Notes: generated by a model from the sequence alone, not told the origin. A stretch of DNA of 28,785 nucleotides from Myxococcales bacterium (GCA_021848865.1 JAJZTO010000001.1:1-28785); one strand, 5' to 3'; counted from the first letter of the stretch, positions 16,146-24,566 are shown. Made by a program: numbers and translations.

Positions 16146-17515
16146 GGTCCCACCTCCTCGAGGCGCACCGGGAAGAGGGCGCGCGGATCGTCCACCTCCA
16201 GCAGGTGGTAGACGCTGAACTCGTAGACTTCGCCGCAGGAGACGTCCGAGGGGCTGTAGAGCAGCGCCAGGTTGCCGGCGGTGGAGATGCGCCCCGGGTA
16301 GCCGTAATGCAGCAGCGTGCTTCGAACCAGCGAGCAGACGGTGTCGGCCTCGGCCGGCTCGGCGTGCACCGCCTCGATGACGATGCCCAGCTCGTGGGCC
16401 GGGGCGTCGCGCCGGGGCTCCAGCGGCCCCATGACCCCGTCCTTGCCGTAGACGTGGAAGAGCACCCGGGCGTCGCTGCCGGTGGAGGCCAGCACCTGTT
16501 TCCGGACCGCCTCCAGCACCGCGTCGACCTGCCCGATGAGGATGGGATCGCGCACCCCGGCGATGCTGATGGTGCGGTGGCCCACCTTGCGGGCCCCCTC
16601 CACCTTGACGGTGTAGGGAGCGGGCGAGAAGCGGGTCCCGCTGACCCGCACCCGGCCTCCGCCCAGGTCCTGGTAGGCGGTGTGGCGCAGGTCCAGGCTC
16701 CCGCCGGGTCCCGGCAGCTCGTAGGGGTCGGACTTCTCGTAGAGCGAGTGGGCCGCCGCCGAGACGGTGGTGAAGGCCCGGGCCTCGCTCAGCGTCTCCA
16801 GCTCGAAGCCGTCGCCGCGCAGCGTCGCCAGCACGCAGTCGCTGCCGCTCCCGGGGGTGGCGGCGATGGCGGCGCACTCCAGGATCTTGCCCATGTGCAA
16901 CGACAGGCCGGGATCGAAGCCGGCGCGGATGGCCGGGGCGGCGAACGGGCCCGGGTCGTAGGCGCGGCCGCAGAGCACCACCTGGGCCCCGGCGTCGAGG
17001 GCCGCCACCAGCGGCTCGTGGCCCATCTGCGCCACCAGGTGAGCGGAGGCGTCCACGTCGGCCTCGGTGAGCGCCGGAGCGCAGGGCATGGGGCGCACCC
17101 GCCCGGTCCGCAAGGCCGCCTTCAGCGTCGCGGGCGGGATGTCGGCGGGGATGACCCCCAGGCGGAAGCGCAGGCTGCCCTCGCGGGCCAGCTCCAGCAG
17201 GATCTCCCGGGTCCAGGCCAGGTGGGGCGCGGCGCCGGCGCCCCCCGCCGAGCCGACGAGCAGCGGAATCCCGAGGTCCAGCGCCCCGCGCAACATCAGG
17301 GACAGGTCGCGCTTCACCGCCTTGCGGCTGGTGAAGGACTTCCCGGCCCCCAGGTAGTAGGGGCCGGGGTCGGTGCTCCCGGCGTCCACGGCGATGGCCT
17401 GGGGCCGGCGGGCCAGGCCCCGCGCCAGCGAGGCCTCCGGGAAGCCGTAGCCGAGGATGGCGGTGGGCGAGAGCACCGACAGGCTCGCGCCGCTCCCGCC
17501 ATGGTCCTGGTTCAT
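16142..17515 (-). CDS. Acyclic terpene utilisation AtuA / DUF1446-family protein
   Basis: LSPTAILGYGF, DAGSTDPGPYYLG, GSAGGAG, VAQMG, GRAYDP, HMGKILECAA, HSLYEKSDP..LPGPGG.LD and G.RDP; GGAGG SD 5 nt upstream; followed by DUF4387. Confidence 0.85.
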   Translation of the reverse strand: MNQDHGGSGASLSVLSPTAILGYGFPEASLARGLARRPQAIAVDAGSTDPGPYYLGAGKSFTSRKAVKRDLSLMLRGALDLGIPLLVGSAGGAGAAPHLAWTREILLELAREGSLRFRLGVIPADIPPATLKAALRTGRVRPMPCAPALTEADVDASAHLVAQMGHEPLVAALDAGAQVVLCGRAYDPGPFAAPAIRAGFDPGLSLHMGKILECAAIAATPGSGSDCVLATLRGDGFELETLSEARAFTTVSAAAHSLYEKSDPYELPGPGGSLDLRHTAYQDLGGGRVRVSGTRFSPAPYTVKVEGARKVGHRTISIAGVRDPILIGQVDAVLEAVRKQVLASTGSDARVLFHVYGKDGVMGPLEPRRDAPAHELGIVIEAVHAEPAEADTVCSLVRSTLLHYGYPGRISTAGNLALLYSPSDVSCGEVYEFSVYHLLEVDDPRALFPVRLEEVGP

Positions 17516-17536
17516 GCGCGCCTCCGCCGGCCCGGG

Positions 17537-18286
17537 CTAGATGGTGCGGCCGCCGTCCACCGGCATGCAGACGCCGGTGACGAACTCGGCGTCGTCGGTC
17601 AGGTAGAAGACCGCGGCCTTGGCGATGTCGTCGGCCTCGGCCAGGCGCCCCATGGGGATGGTGGCCACGAACCGGGACCGGTTCTCCGGCGTGTCGGGCA
17701 TGCCCATGAACGACTCCAGCATCCCGGTGACGCCCATGACCGGGCAGAGGGCGTTGACCCGGATCTTGGACGGGGCCAGCTCCACCGCCATGGTCTTGGT
17801 GGCGAGGATGGCCGCGCCCTTGGAGGCGTTGTACCAGGAGAGGCCGGGGCGGGGCCGGATGCCGGCCACCGAGGCCACGTTGAGGAACGCGCCGCCGCCG
17901 CGCTTGCGGAAGACCGGCACCGCCGCCTGGGCCGCCCAGTAGAGCGACTTCACGTTGACGGCGAAGCACCGGTCGTAGGTGGCCTCGTCCACGTCCAGCA
18001 TGGGCTGGTTCTTGTGGGTGTAGCCGGCGTTGTTGACCACCGCGTCCAGGTCGCCGAAGGCCGAGAGGGCCTTGTCCACCATGGCCTTGACCTGGGACCC
18101 CACCGAGACGTCGACGGTGAAGGGCACGGCCTGGGGGCCGATGTCCCGGGCCACCTTCTCGGCCGCAGGGCCGTTGAGGTCGGCCACCAGCACCTGGGCC
18201 CCCTCCTTCACGAAGCGGCGGGACATGGCGGCGCCGAAGCCCGAGCCGGCGCCGGTGACGATGATCTTCTTCTTCGCGAGCCTCAT
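17537..18286 (-). CDS. Short-chain dehydrogenase/reductase (FabG-like SDR; resembles the TsaC-type subfamily)
   Basis: TGAGSGFG, VADLN, NNAG, catalytic S..YNASK, IRVNAL.P and VTG..MPVDGG. Confidence 0.93.
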   Translation of the reverse strand: MRLAKKKIIVTGAGSGFGAAMSRRFVKEGAQVLVADLNGPAAEKVARDIGPQAVPFTVDVSVGSQVKAMVDKALSAFGDLDAVVNNAGYTHKNQPMLDVDEATYDRCFAVNVKSLYWAAQAAVPVFRKRGGGAFLNVASVAGIRPRPGLSWYNASKGAAILATKTMAVELAPSKIRVNALCPVMGVTGMLESFMGMPDTPENRSRFVATIPMGRLAEADDIAKAAVFYLTDDAEFVTGVCMPVDGGRTI

Positions 18287-18313
18287 GGTTCCGATCCTTT
18301 CGCTGTCCGGCGC

Positions 18314-19750
18314 CTAGCCGTGATTGATGACGATGGTCTTCACGACGGAGAACTCGCGCATCGCCTCGAGCCCCTTCTCCCGCCCGTGGCCGCTGCGCTT
18401 GATGCCGCCGAAGGGCAGCTCGATGCCGCCCCCGGCGCCGTAGCCGTTGACGAACACCTGGCCGCAGCGCATGGCGTTGGCCACCCGCAGCTGCCGCGTG
18501 CCGTCCCGGGTCCAGATGCCGGCCGCCAGGCCGAAGGGGGTGCCGTTGGCGATGCGGACGGCATCGGCCTCGTCCTCGAAGGGGATGGCGGAGAGCACCG
18601 GACCGAAGACCTCCTCGCGGGCCAGGGTGTGGGTCGGGGGCACGTTGCCGAAGAGCACCGGCGCCGCGTAGTACCCGCCCGCGGGGAGGTTCGGCGCCAG
18701 CTGGGCCTCGGCCAGCACCGGGACTCCCTCCTTCCGGGCGGCCTGGACGAAGCCCTGCACCCGGTCGCGCTGCACGGCGCTGATGAGCGGGCCGCAGTCG
18801 AGGTCCATGTCGTGGGTCCCGACGCGCAGCCTGGCGAAGCGCTCGGCCAGCATCCCCATGAACCGGTCGTAGACCGAGCGCTGCACCAGCACCCGGCTGC
18901 CGGCCGAGCAGGTCTGGCCGGCGTTCTGGACGATGGCGTTGACCACCACCGGCAGGGCGGTCTCGAAGGGGGCGTCCTCGAAGACGATCTGCGGGGACTT
19001 GCCGCCCAGCTCCAGCACGCAGGCCCGGTGGTGCTCCGCCGAGGCCTTCTGGATCAGCGTGCCCACCCCGGGCGAACCGGTGAAGGCGATGAAGTCGATG
19101 CCCGGGTGGCTGGCCAGCGCCGCCCCCGCCTCCTCGCCGTAGCCGGTGACCACGTTGACCACGCCGGGCGGGAAGCCCACCTCGTGGACCAGCTCGGTGA
19201 TCCGCAGCACGGTGAGGCAGGCCTCCTCGGCCGGCTTGAGCACGGTGGCGTTGCCGCAGGCCAGGGCCGGGGCCAGGGTCCGGCCGAACATCTGGGCCGG
19301 GTAGTTCCAGGGGATGATGTGGCCGGTGACGCCGCGGGGATCGTGCTTGACCATCACCGTGTAGCCGGCCAGGAACGGGATGACCTCCCCGTGCACCTTG
19401 TCGGAGGCCGCGCCGTAGAACTCGAAGTAGCGGGCCGCGGCCACCATGTCGGCCCGGGCCTGCTTGAGCGGCTTGCCGGTGTCGCGAGCCTCGAGCTGCG
19501 CCAGCTCCTCGGCGTGCTCGGCGATCTTCACACCCACCTTCATCATCAGCCGGCCGCGCTCCAGGGCGGTGGTCTTGCCCCAGGGCCCCTCGTAGGCCCG
19601 CCGGGCCGCGGCCACCGCGGCGTCGACGTCGCCAGCCGTGCCGCGGGCGATGCGGGCGAACTCCTTCCCGTCGCTGGGGCAGACCACCGGGATCGTCTGC
19701 CCGGAGACGGGCTTGCGCCAGGCGCCGTCGATGTACAGCTGCTCGTTCAT
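18314..19750 (-). CDS. NAD(P)-dependent aldehyde dehydrogenase
   Basis: PWNYP, GN..VLKPAE, FTGS, LELGGKSP, NAGQTCSAGSR (catalytic Cys), EEVFGPV and PFGG.KRSG.GREKG; ATG 19750 with AAGGAG SD. Confidence 0.95.
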   Translation of the reverse strand: MNEQLYIDGAWRKPVSGQTIPVVCPSDGKEFARIARGTAGDVDAAVAAARRAYEGPWGKTTALERGRLMMKVGVKIAEHAEELAQLEARDTGKPLKQARADMVAAARYFEFYGAASDKVHGEVIPFLAGYTVMVKHDPRGVTGHIIPWNYPAQMFGRTLAPALACGNATVLKPAEEACLTVLRITELVHEVGFPPGVVNVVTGYGEEAGAALASHPGIDFIAFTGSPGVGTLIQKASAEHHRACVLELGGKSPQIVFEDAPFETALPVVVNAIVQNAGQTCSAGSRVLVQRSVYDRFMGMLAERFARLRVGTHDMDLDCGPLISAVQRDRVQGFVQAARKEGVPVLAEAQLAPNLPAGGYYAAPVLFGNVPPTHTLAREEVFGPVLSAIPFEDEADAVRIANGTPFGLAAGIWTRDGTRQLRVANAMRCGQVFVNGYGAGGGIELPFGGIKRSGHGREKGLEAMREFSVVKTIVINHG

Positions 19751-19770
19751 GGCTCGGTTTCTCCTTGGGT

Positions 19771-20484
19771 TCAGCTCAGGTAGACGCGCTGCAGGGTTTC
19801 CTGGTCGGCGCGGGCCGGCGGGGTGTGCATGACGATGTGGCCGCGGGCCAGCACGTAGACGTCGGTGGCCAGCTTGAGGAGCCGCGGCACGGTCTGCTCG
19901 GCCACCACCAGGGTCACGCCCAGCTCCCGGTGCATCCGCTCCACCACGTCGAAGACGGTCTGCACCATGGCGGGCGAGAGCCCCAGGCTGGGCTCGTCGA
20001 GCAGGAGCAGCCGGGGGGCGCTCATCAGCGCCATGCCGATGACCAGCATCTGGAGCTGGCCGCCGGAGAGGTGGCCGGCGGCCCGGTGGCGCATCTCCTT
20101 GAGCACCGGGAAGTACTCGAAGACCATGGCCAGGCGGGCGCCCGCGCCCTTCCGGGCCACCAGCGAGGCGGCCCGCAGGTTCTCCTCGATGGAGAGGCTG
20201 CGGAAGCACTGCCGCCCCTCCTGGACCAGGGCGATGCCGCGCCGGGCGATGGCGGCCGGGTGGACGCCCGCCAGGCTCCTGCCCTCGAAGGTCAGCTGGC
20301 CCTCCACCAGCTCCCCTTGCTCGAAGGGCAGGAGGCCGGCGATGGCCTTGAGCAGCGTGCTCTTGCCGGCGCCGTTGGGGCCCAGCAGGGCCACGAGGCC
20401 CCCCTTCTCGACCTGGAAGTCGATGCGGTCGACGGCCTGGATGACGCCGTCGTAGCGAAGGGAGACCCCGTGGGCGGCCAGCAT
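19771..20484 (-). CDS. LIV-type ABC transporter ATP-binding subunit (LivF-like)
   Basis: GPNGAGKST, LVQEGRQ.F..LSIEENL, LSGGQLQM, LLLDEPSLGL and VAEQ. Confidence 0.93.
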   Translation of the reverse strand: MLAAHGVSLRYDGVIQAVDRIDFQVEKGGLVALLGPNGAGKSTLLKAIAGLLPFEQGELVEGQLTFEGRSLAGVHPAAIARRGIALVQEGRQCFRSLSIEENLRAASLVARKGAGARLAMVFEYFPVLKEMRHRAAGHLSGGQLQMLVIGMALMSAPRLLLLDEPSLGLSPAMVQTVFDVVERMHRELGVTLVVAEQTVPRLLKLATDVYVLARGHIVMHTPPARADQETLQRVYLS

Positions 20485-20500
20485 GGCGGCTCCGGACGTG

Positions 20501-21670
20501 CTACTGCGCGTCGACCCAGGAGCCGACGGCCACGTACTTGCCGCCCTTGATCTCGGCCATGCGGGCCTGGGTGGGCCCCTGGTGGTTGGCGAAGGAGCAC
20601 GGCGGCGCGATGCCGCCCGAGTCCAGGTTCTTCAGGGCCACCATCTCGTCCCGGACCGCCTTGCGGAAGGCCTTGATGTCCGCCGGCGGCTTGCCGCCCG
20701 ACTTCTTGATGGCGTTGCCGATGGCGGCGGCGATGAACTTGCCGCCGAACCAGCCCTTCATGAAGTAGAGGTCCTCCTTCTCCACCTGGTTCTTGGCCTT
20801 GTAGGCGGCGATCTCCTTCATGGCCGGGACGTCGTCGCCGTAGTTGGCGTAGAGCTGGATGGCGCGGAAGCCCTCGGCGGCGGCGCCGAGCTGCTCCGGG
20901 ATGCTGGGGTGGATGTTGTACATGTTGCCGATGAAGAGCTTGGCCGGCAGGCCCACCTTGGCGGCATCGCGGAGGATGACCAGTGCCTGCGGGGTGGAGG
21001 CCTGGATGTAGACCACGTCGGGGTTCTTGGCCTTCACCCGCAGCAACTGGGCGGTGAGGTCCTGGGCGTCGTAGCGGAACTCGATGGTGTCGACGAGCTC
21101 CAGCCCCATCTTCTCGATGGCGCCGGACTTGCGGACCACCGTCACCGGGGCCCGCCCGTACTCGACGTCGCCGTGCATGAGCATGACCTTCTTGGCGCCG
21201 GCGGCCTTGGCGGCCCGCAGGCCGATGAGCATCTGCTGCTCGTAGGTGGCTCCCTGGATGAAGAGGTAGGGGTACTTGGCCGGGTCCAGCACCTCGCTGG
21301 AGAAGGTCTCGCTGATGAAGGGCACCGCGTCCTGCTGCACCTGCTCGCGCAGCGCCTTGGCCGAGCCGGTGGACCAGCCCTTGACCACCACCGCGTTCTC
21401 CTGGTCCACGCAGCGCCGGTAGATCTTGAGCTCCTCGTCCAGCTTGTAGCGGCCGTCGAGCAGGATGACGTGGATCTTCTGCCCGGCGATGCCGCCCTGG
21501 GTCTGGTTCAGGTAGTTGAGGTAGTCCACCGTCCCGTAGCTCATCCCGTTCACGCCGGCGTCCGGGCCGGTGATGGTGCCCCAGACGCAGACGTTGACGT
21601 CGGCGGCGGCGGGAAGGGCGAAGGCGAGGGCGGCGAGGATCGCGGGGACGCGGCTAGAGTGCCTTTTCAC
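20501..21670 (-). CDS. LIV-type ABC transporter periplasmic substrate-binding protein
   Basis: N-terminal signal peptide (MKRHSSR + hydrophobic + A-A-A), ITGP.A, GGIAG.KI, DGRYK, YEQQ, DLTAQLLRVK..NPD.VY; GTG start with GGAGG SD. Confidence 0.9.
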   Translation of the reverse strand: MKRHSSRVPAILAALAFALPAAADVNVCVWGTITGPDAGVNGMSYGTVDYLNYLNQTQGGIAGQKIHVILLDGRYKLDEELKIYRRCVDQENAVVVKGWSTGSAKALREQVQQDAVPFISETFSSEVLDPAKYPYLFIQGATYEQQMLIGLRAAKAAGAKKVMLMHGDVEYGRAPVTVVRKSGAIEKMGLELVDTIEFRYDAQDLTAQLLRVKAKNPDVVYIQASTPQALVILRDAAKVGLPAKLFIGNMYNIHPSIPEQLGAAAEGFRAIQLYANYGDDVPAMKEIAAYKAKNQVEKEDLYFMKGWFGGKFIAAAIGNAIKKSGGKPPADIKAFRKAVRDEMVALKNLDSGGIAPPCSFANHQGPTQARMAEIKGGKYVAVGSWVDAQ

Positions 21671-22697
21671 GGGTACCTCCTGGGGCTGGGGTGCGGGCGG
21701 CGACGACGGGAGAGGAGTCGGGGACGGGGTGCGGGAGGGCGATCCGGGAGACCCCGCGGGCCAGGCGGCGGAGGAGGGCCGCCAGGCCGCGAGGCTCGAA
21801 GAGCAGGAAGAGCACGATGAGCAGGCCGAAGGACATCTCGCGCATGGCCGAGAGCAGGTTGGCGACGTGGAGCGCCTCGCCCAGCCGCTGGATGGCCTCG
21901 GGGATCAGCACCACGAAGCCGGCGCCCAGCAGCGAGCCGGCCCAGACGCCCTGGCCGCCGACGATGAGCATGGCCACCTGATCGATCGAGAGCGAGAGGC
22001 CGAAGCCCTCGGGGCTGGCCAGCCGGGTCGTGAAGCCCACCAGGGCCCCGGAGACGCCGATGACGAAGCCGCTCGCCAGGAAGGCCCAGAGCTTCACGCG
22101 CACCACGTCGATGCCCATGCCCTTGGCCACCAGCTCGTTCTCGCGCACCACCAGGAAGGCCCGGCCCACGTTGGTGCGCATGAGCCGGGCCAGCCCCAGC
22201 CAGGTCAGGGCCAGGATGGCGATGGAGATGGCGGCCCAGGCCTGGTCGCTGGCCACCGGCCGCCCCAGCAGCACCAGCGGGGCGATGTTCATGCCCGAGA
22301 TGCCCTTGGTCAGCGGCTCGACGATCTTGAACAGGTATTCGAGGACGAACTGCGCGGCCAGGGTGGCGATGGCGTAGTAGAGGCCGCGCAGCCGCAGCGC
22401 CGGCAGCCCGATGACCACGCTGGCCACGGCCGCGGCCACGCCGGCGGCCAGGATGGCGCCGAGCCCCCAGCCGGCGTTGCCCAGGTTGCCGGCGGTGTAG
22501 GCGCCGATGCCGATGAGGGCGCCGGAGGCGAAGCTGATCTGGCCGGCGAAGCCGGTGAGCAGGTTCAGGCCCATGGCGGCGATGGCGGCGATGGCCACGG
22601 AGTGCACCAGGTACGCGCCGAAGCGGCCCAGGGCGAAGCTGCCGGCCGCCGCCAGGACGACGACCGCGAGGAGGGCGAGGCGGCGGCGGGCGGGCAT
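21654..22697 (-). CDS. LIV-type ABC transporter permease (LivM-like)
   Basis: GLNLLTGFAGQISF, GLPALRLRGLYYAIATL, GRAFLVVRENE.VAKGMGI, KLWAF and MLIVGG.G...G; ATG at 22697. Confidence 0.92.
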   Translation of the reverse strand: MPARRRLALLAVVVLAAAGSFALGRFGAYLVHSVAIAAIAAMGLNLLTGFAGQISFASGALIGIGAYTAGNLGNAGWGLGAILAAGVAAAVASVVIGLPALRLRGLYYAIATLAAQFVLEYLFKIVEPLTKGISGMNIAPLVLLGRPVASDQAWAAISIAILALTWLGLARLMRTNVGRAFLVVRENELVAKGMGIDVVRVKLWAFLASGFVIGVSGALVGFTTRLASPEGFGLSLSIDQVAMLIVGGQGVWAGSLLGAGFVVLIPEAIQRLGEALHVANLLSAMREMSFGLLIVLFLLFEPRGLAALLRRLARGVSRIALPHPVPDSSPVVAARTPAPGGTREKAL

Positions 22698-22699
22698 CG

Positions 22700-23614
22700 T
22701 CAGACGCGCTCCGTGCCGCGCTGGCCGAAGATGCCCTGCGGCCGCACCAGCAGCATGCCGCCCACCAGCATGTAGGGCACCACCTGCTGCAGGGCGCCGA
22801 CCGAGTAGATCGAGGTGTGGGCCCGCAGGAAGGACTCCAGCGCCGGGGTGAGCAGGCCGTCGGTGAAGGCCTCGAGCATCCCCAGGAGCAGGCCGGCCAC
22901 CAGCGAGCCCATCAGGCTGGTGAGGCCGCCGAGCACGATCACCGGGAAGGCCACCAGGCCGATGTTCGAGAGGGTGAGGGAGAGGCCGTTCAGGGTGGCG
23001 AGGAGCACCCCGCCCAGGCCGGCCAGGGCCGAGGAGACGGCCCAGGCCACGCTCACCTGGTTGGAGACGTGGATGCCCACCGCCAGCGCGGCGCGGGAGT
23101 TGTCCGCGGCGGCCCGCTGCATGAGCCCCATGGGCGTGAAGCGGTAGAAGGCCAGGAAGGCCAGGGACAGGACCAGGGAGAGGAGGGCGGCGGCCACGTA
23201 GTTGTAGGTGATGAAGATGCCGGCGATCTGCACCGCGCCCTGCGGGAAGATCTGCGGGAAGGCGATCTGGTCGGGCCCCCAGACGGCCAGGCACACGGCC
23301 CGGAAGAGGATGAGGAGGCCCAGGGTGACCATCATCACCGCGACCACCGGGGCCCTGAGCATCCGGCGGAGCACCAGGAGCTCGGTGAGCGCGCCGACCA
23401 CGCCCAGCACCAGCACCGCCCCGGCCGCGGCCAGCGGCGGGGAGAGGCCGGCGCGGGCCAGGGCGTAGGCGGCGTAGGCGCCGAGCATGGCGTAGCCGCC
23501 CTGCCCGAAGTTCACCACCCCCGAGCACTTGTAGATGAGGACGATGCCGATGGCGATGAGGGCGTACACGCTCCCGGTGGCGATGCCGGCGGTGGCGATC
23601 TGGAGCAGCAGCAT
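22700..23614 (-). CDS. LIV-type ABC transporter permease (LivH-like)
   Basis: GSVYALIAIG.VLIYK.SGVVNFGQG, R.TPMG..QRA.ADN, A.AVGI, FPVIVLGGL and LLVRPQGIFG; TGATG coupling at 23614. Confidence 0.92.
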   Translation of the reverse strand: MLLLQIATAGIATGSVYALIAIGIVLIYKCSGVVNFGQGGYAMLGAYAAYALARAGLSPPLAAAGAVLVLGVVGALTELLVLRRMLRAPVVAVMMVTLGLLILFRAVCLAVWGPDQIAFPQIFPQGAVQIAGIFITYNYVAAALLSLVLSLAFLAFYRFTPMGLMQRAAADNSRAALAVGIHVSNQVSVAWAVSSALAGLGGVLLATLNGLSLTLSNIGLVAFPVIVLGGLTSLMGSLVAGLLLGMLEAFTDGLLTPALESFLRAHTSIYSVGALQQVVPYMLVGGMLLVRPQGIFGQRGTERV

Positions 23615-24363
23615 CAGGGCTCCCCCAGGTAGACGCGCCGGACCTCGGGATCGGCCTGCACCGCGGGGCCGGTGCCCTCGAAGATCCTGGCCCCGGCCGC
23701 CATGACCGTGATGCGGTCGCAGGTGCTCATGACCACGTCCATCTTGTGCTCCACCATCAGGACGGCGCAGCGGCGGCGGTCGCGCACCTCGCGGATCACC
23801 GCCGCCATCTGCTGGCCTTCCTGGACGGTGAGGCCCGCCACCGGCTCGTCGAGCAGCAGCAGCTCGGGGCGCGAGGCCATGGCCCGCGCCAGGTCCACCG
23901 CCTTGCGCAGGCCGTAGGAGAGGGTCTGGACGGGCTGGGCCGCGATGTCGGCCAGCCCCAGCGGCTCCAGCACCGTCTCGTGCAGCTCCGCCTCCAGCGC
24001 CGCCTCGCCGCGCCAGAGGTCGGCGACCGCCGCCAGGCCGCGGCGGCCCCGGGCGGCTGCCCCGAGCTTGACGATGTCCAGCACCGTCAGGTCGTGCAGC
24101 GAGGCCACGTTCTGGAAGGTGCGGGCCACGCCCTGGCGGATGACGGAGTGCGGGGCCAGGCCGCGCAGCTCCGTTCCCTTCCATTGCACCGTGCCGCGCG
24201 AAGGGCGGTAGGCGCCCGCCACGCAGTTGATGAAGGTGGTCTTGCCGGCCCCGTTGGGGCCGATGAGGCCGACGATCTCGCCCGGCTCGATGGACAGGCT
24301 CATCCCGTTGACGGCCACGACGCCGCCGAAGCTGATGGTGAGGTCCGTGACCTGGAGCGCCAC
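23614..24363 (-). CDS. LIV-type ABC transporter ATP-binding subunit (LivG-like)
   Basis: L.ISFGGVVAV, GLIGPNGAGKTT, VARTFQN, LSYG..K.VDLARA, LLLLDEP.AGL, VEHKM and P.V..VYLG; GTG 24363 with GAGGGA SD. Confidence 0.92.
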   Translation of the reverse strand: MALQVTDLTISFGGVVAVNGMSLSIEPGEIVGLIGPNGAGKTTFINCVAGAYRPSRGTVQWKGTELRGLAPHSVIRQGVARTFQNVASLHDLTVLDIVKLGAAARGRRGLAAVADLWRGEAALEAELHETVLEPLGLADIAAQPVQTLSYGLRKAVDLARAMASRPELLLLDEPVAGLTVQEGQQMAAVIREVRDRRRCAVLMVEHKMDVVMSTCDRITVMAAGARIFEGTGPAVQADPEVRRVYLGEP

Positions 24364-24417
24364 CGACGTCCCTCGCACCGAACTGCGAGCCAACCTGCAT
24401 TGCCGCACGATTCTGCT

Positions 24418-24433
24418 TGTTGTGCGGACAACA
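24418..24433. promoter_or_regulatory. Inverted repeat TGTTGT-gcgg-ACAACA; candidate GntR/HutC-family operator
   Basis: Dyad seen in the sequence; core TTGT-N4-ACAA resembles HutC-type operators. It overlaps the putative -10/+1 of the - strand promoter, and a GntR/UTRA gene lies nearby. Confidence 0.5.
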
Positions 24434-24468
24434 TGACATCTTGACATCCGGATGTCAACGGTGCATGT
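24431..24468. promoter_or_regulatory. Symmetric divergent promoter/operator core containing the perfect palindrome TTGACATCCGGATGTCAA (24441-24458)
   Basis: Perfect 18-bp dyad giving TTGACA on both strands. ACATG (24431-35) and CATGT (24464-68) are symmetric about the same axis, placing CATGTT (- strand) and CATGTC (+ strand) 17 bp from each TTGACA. Lies in the AT-richer gap between divergent operons. Confidence 0.6.
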
Positions 24469-24566
24469 CTTGGCCCCAGCAGAAGCTTGTAAACCAGGGA
24501 AATTGCTTTGGTGGGGCGTGTTTTTCGCCCGGCCGCGAGCAACCCGAGAGGCAGGGAGGCCACCTC

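Noticed and set aside
16205-19783. 1192-aa ORF on the + strand
   Set aside because: It is antisense to the AtuA-like, SDR and ALDH genes. Long stop-free shadow frames are expected from strong GC3 bias, and the translation has no motif, start signal or family-like content.
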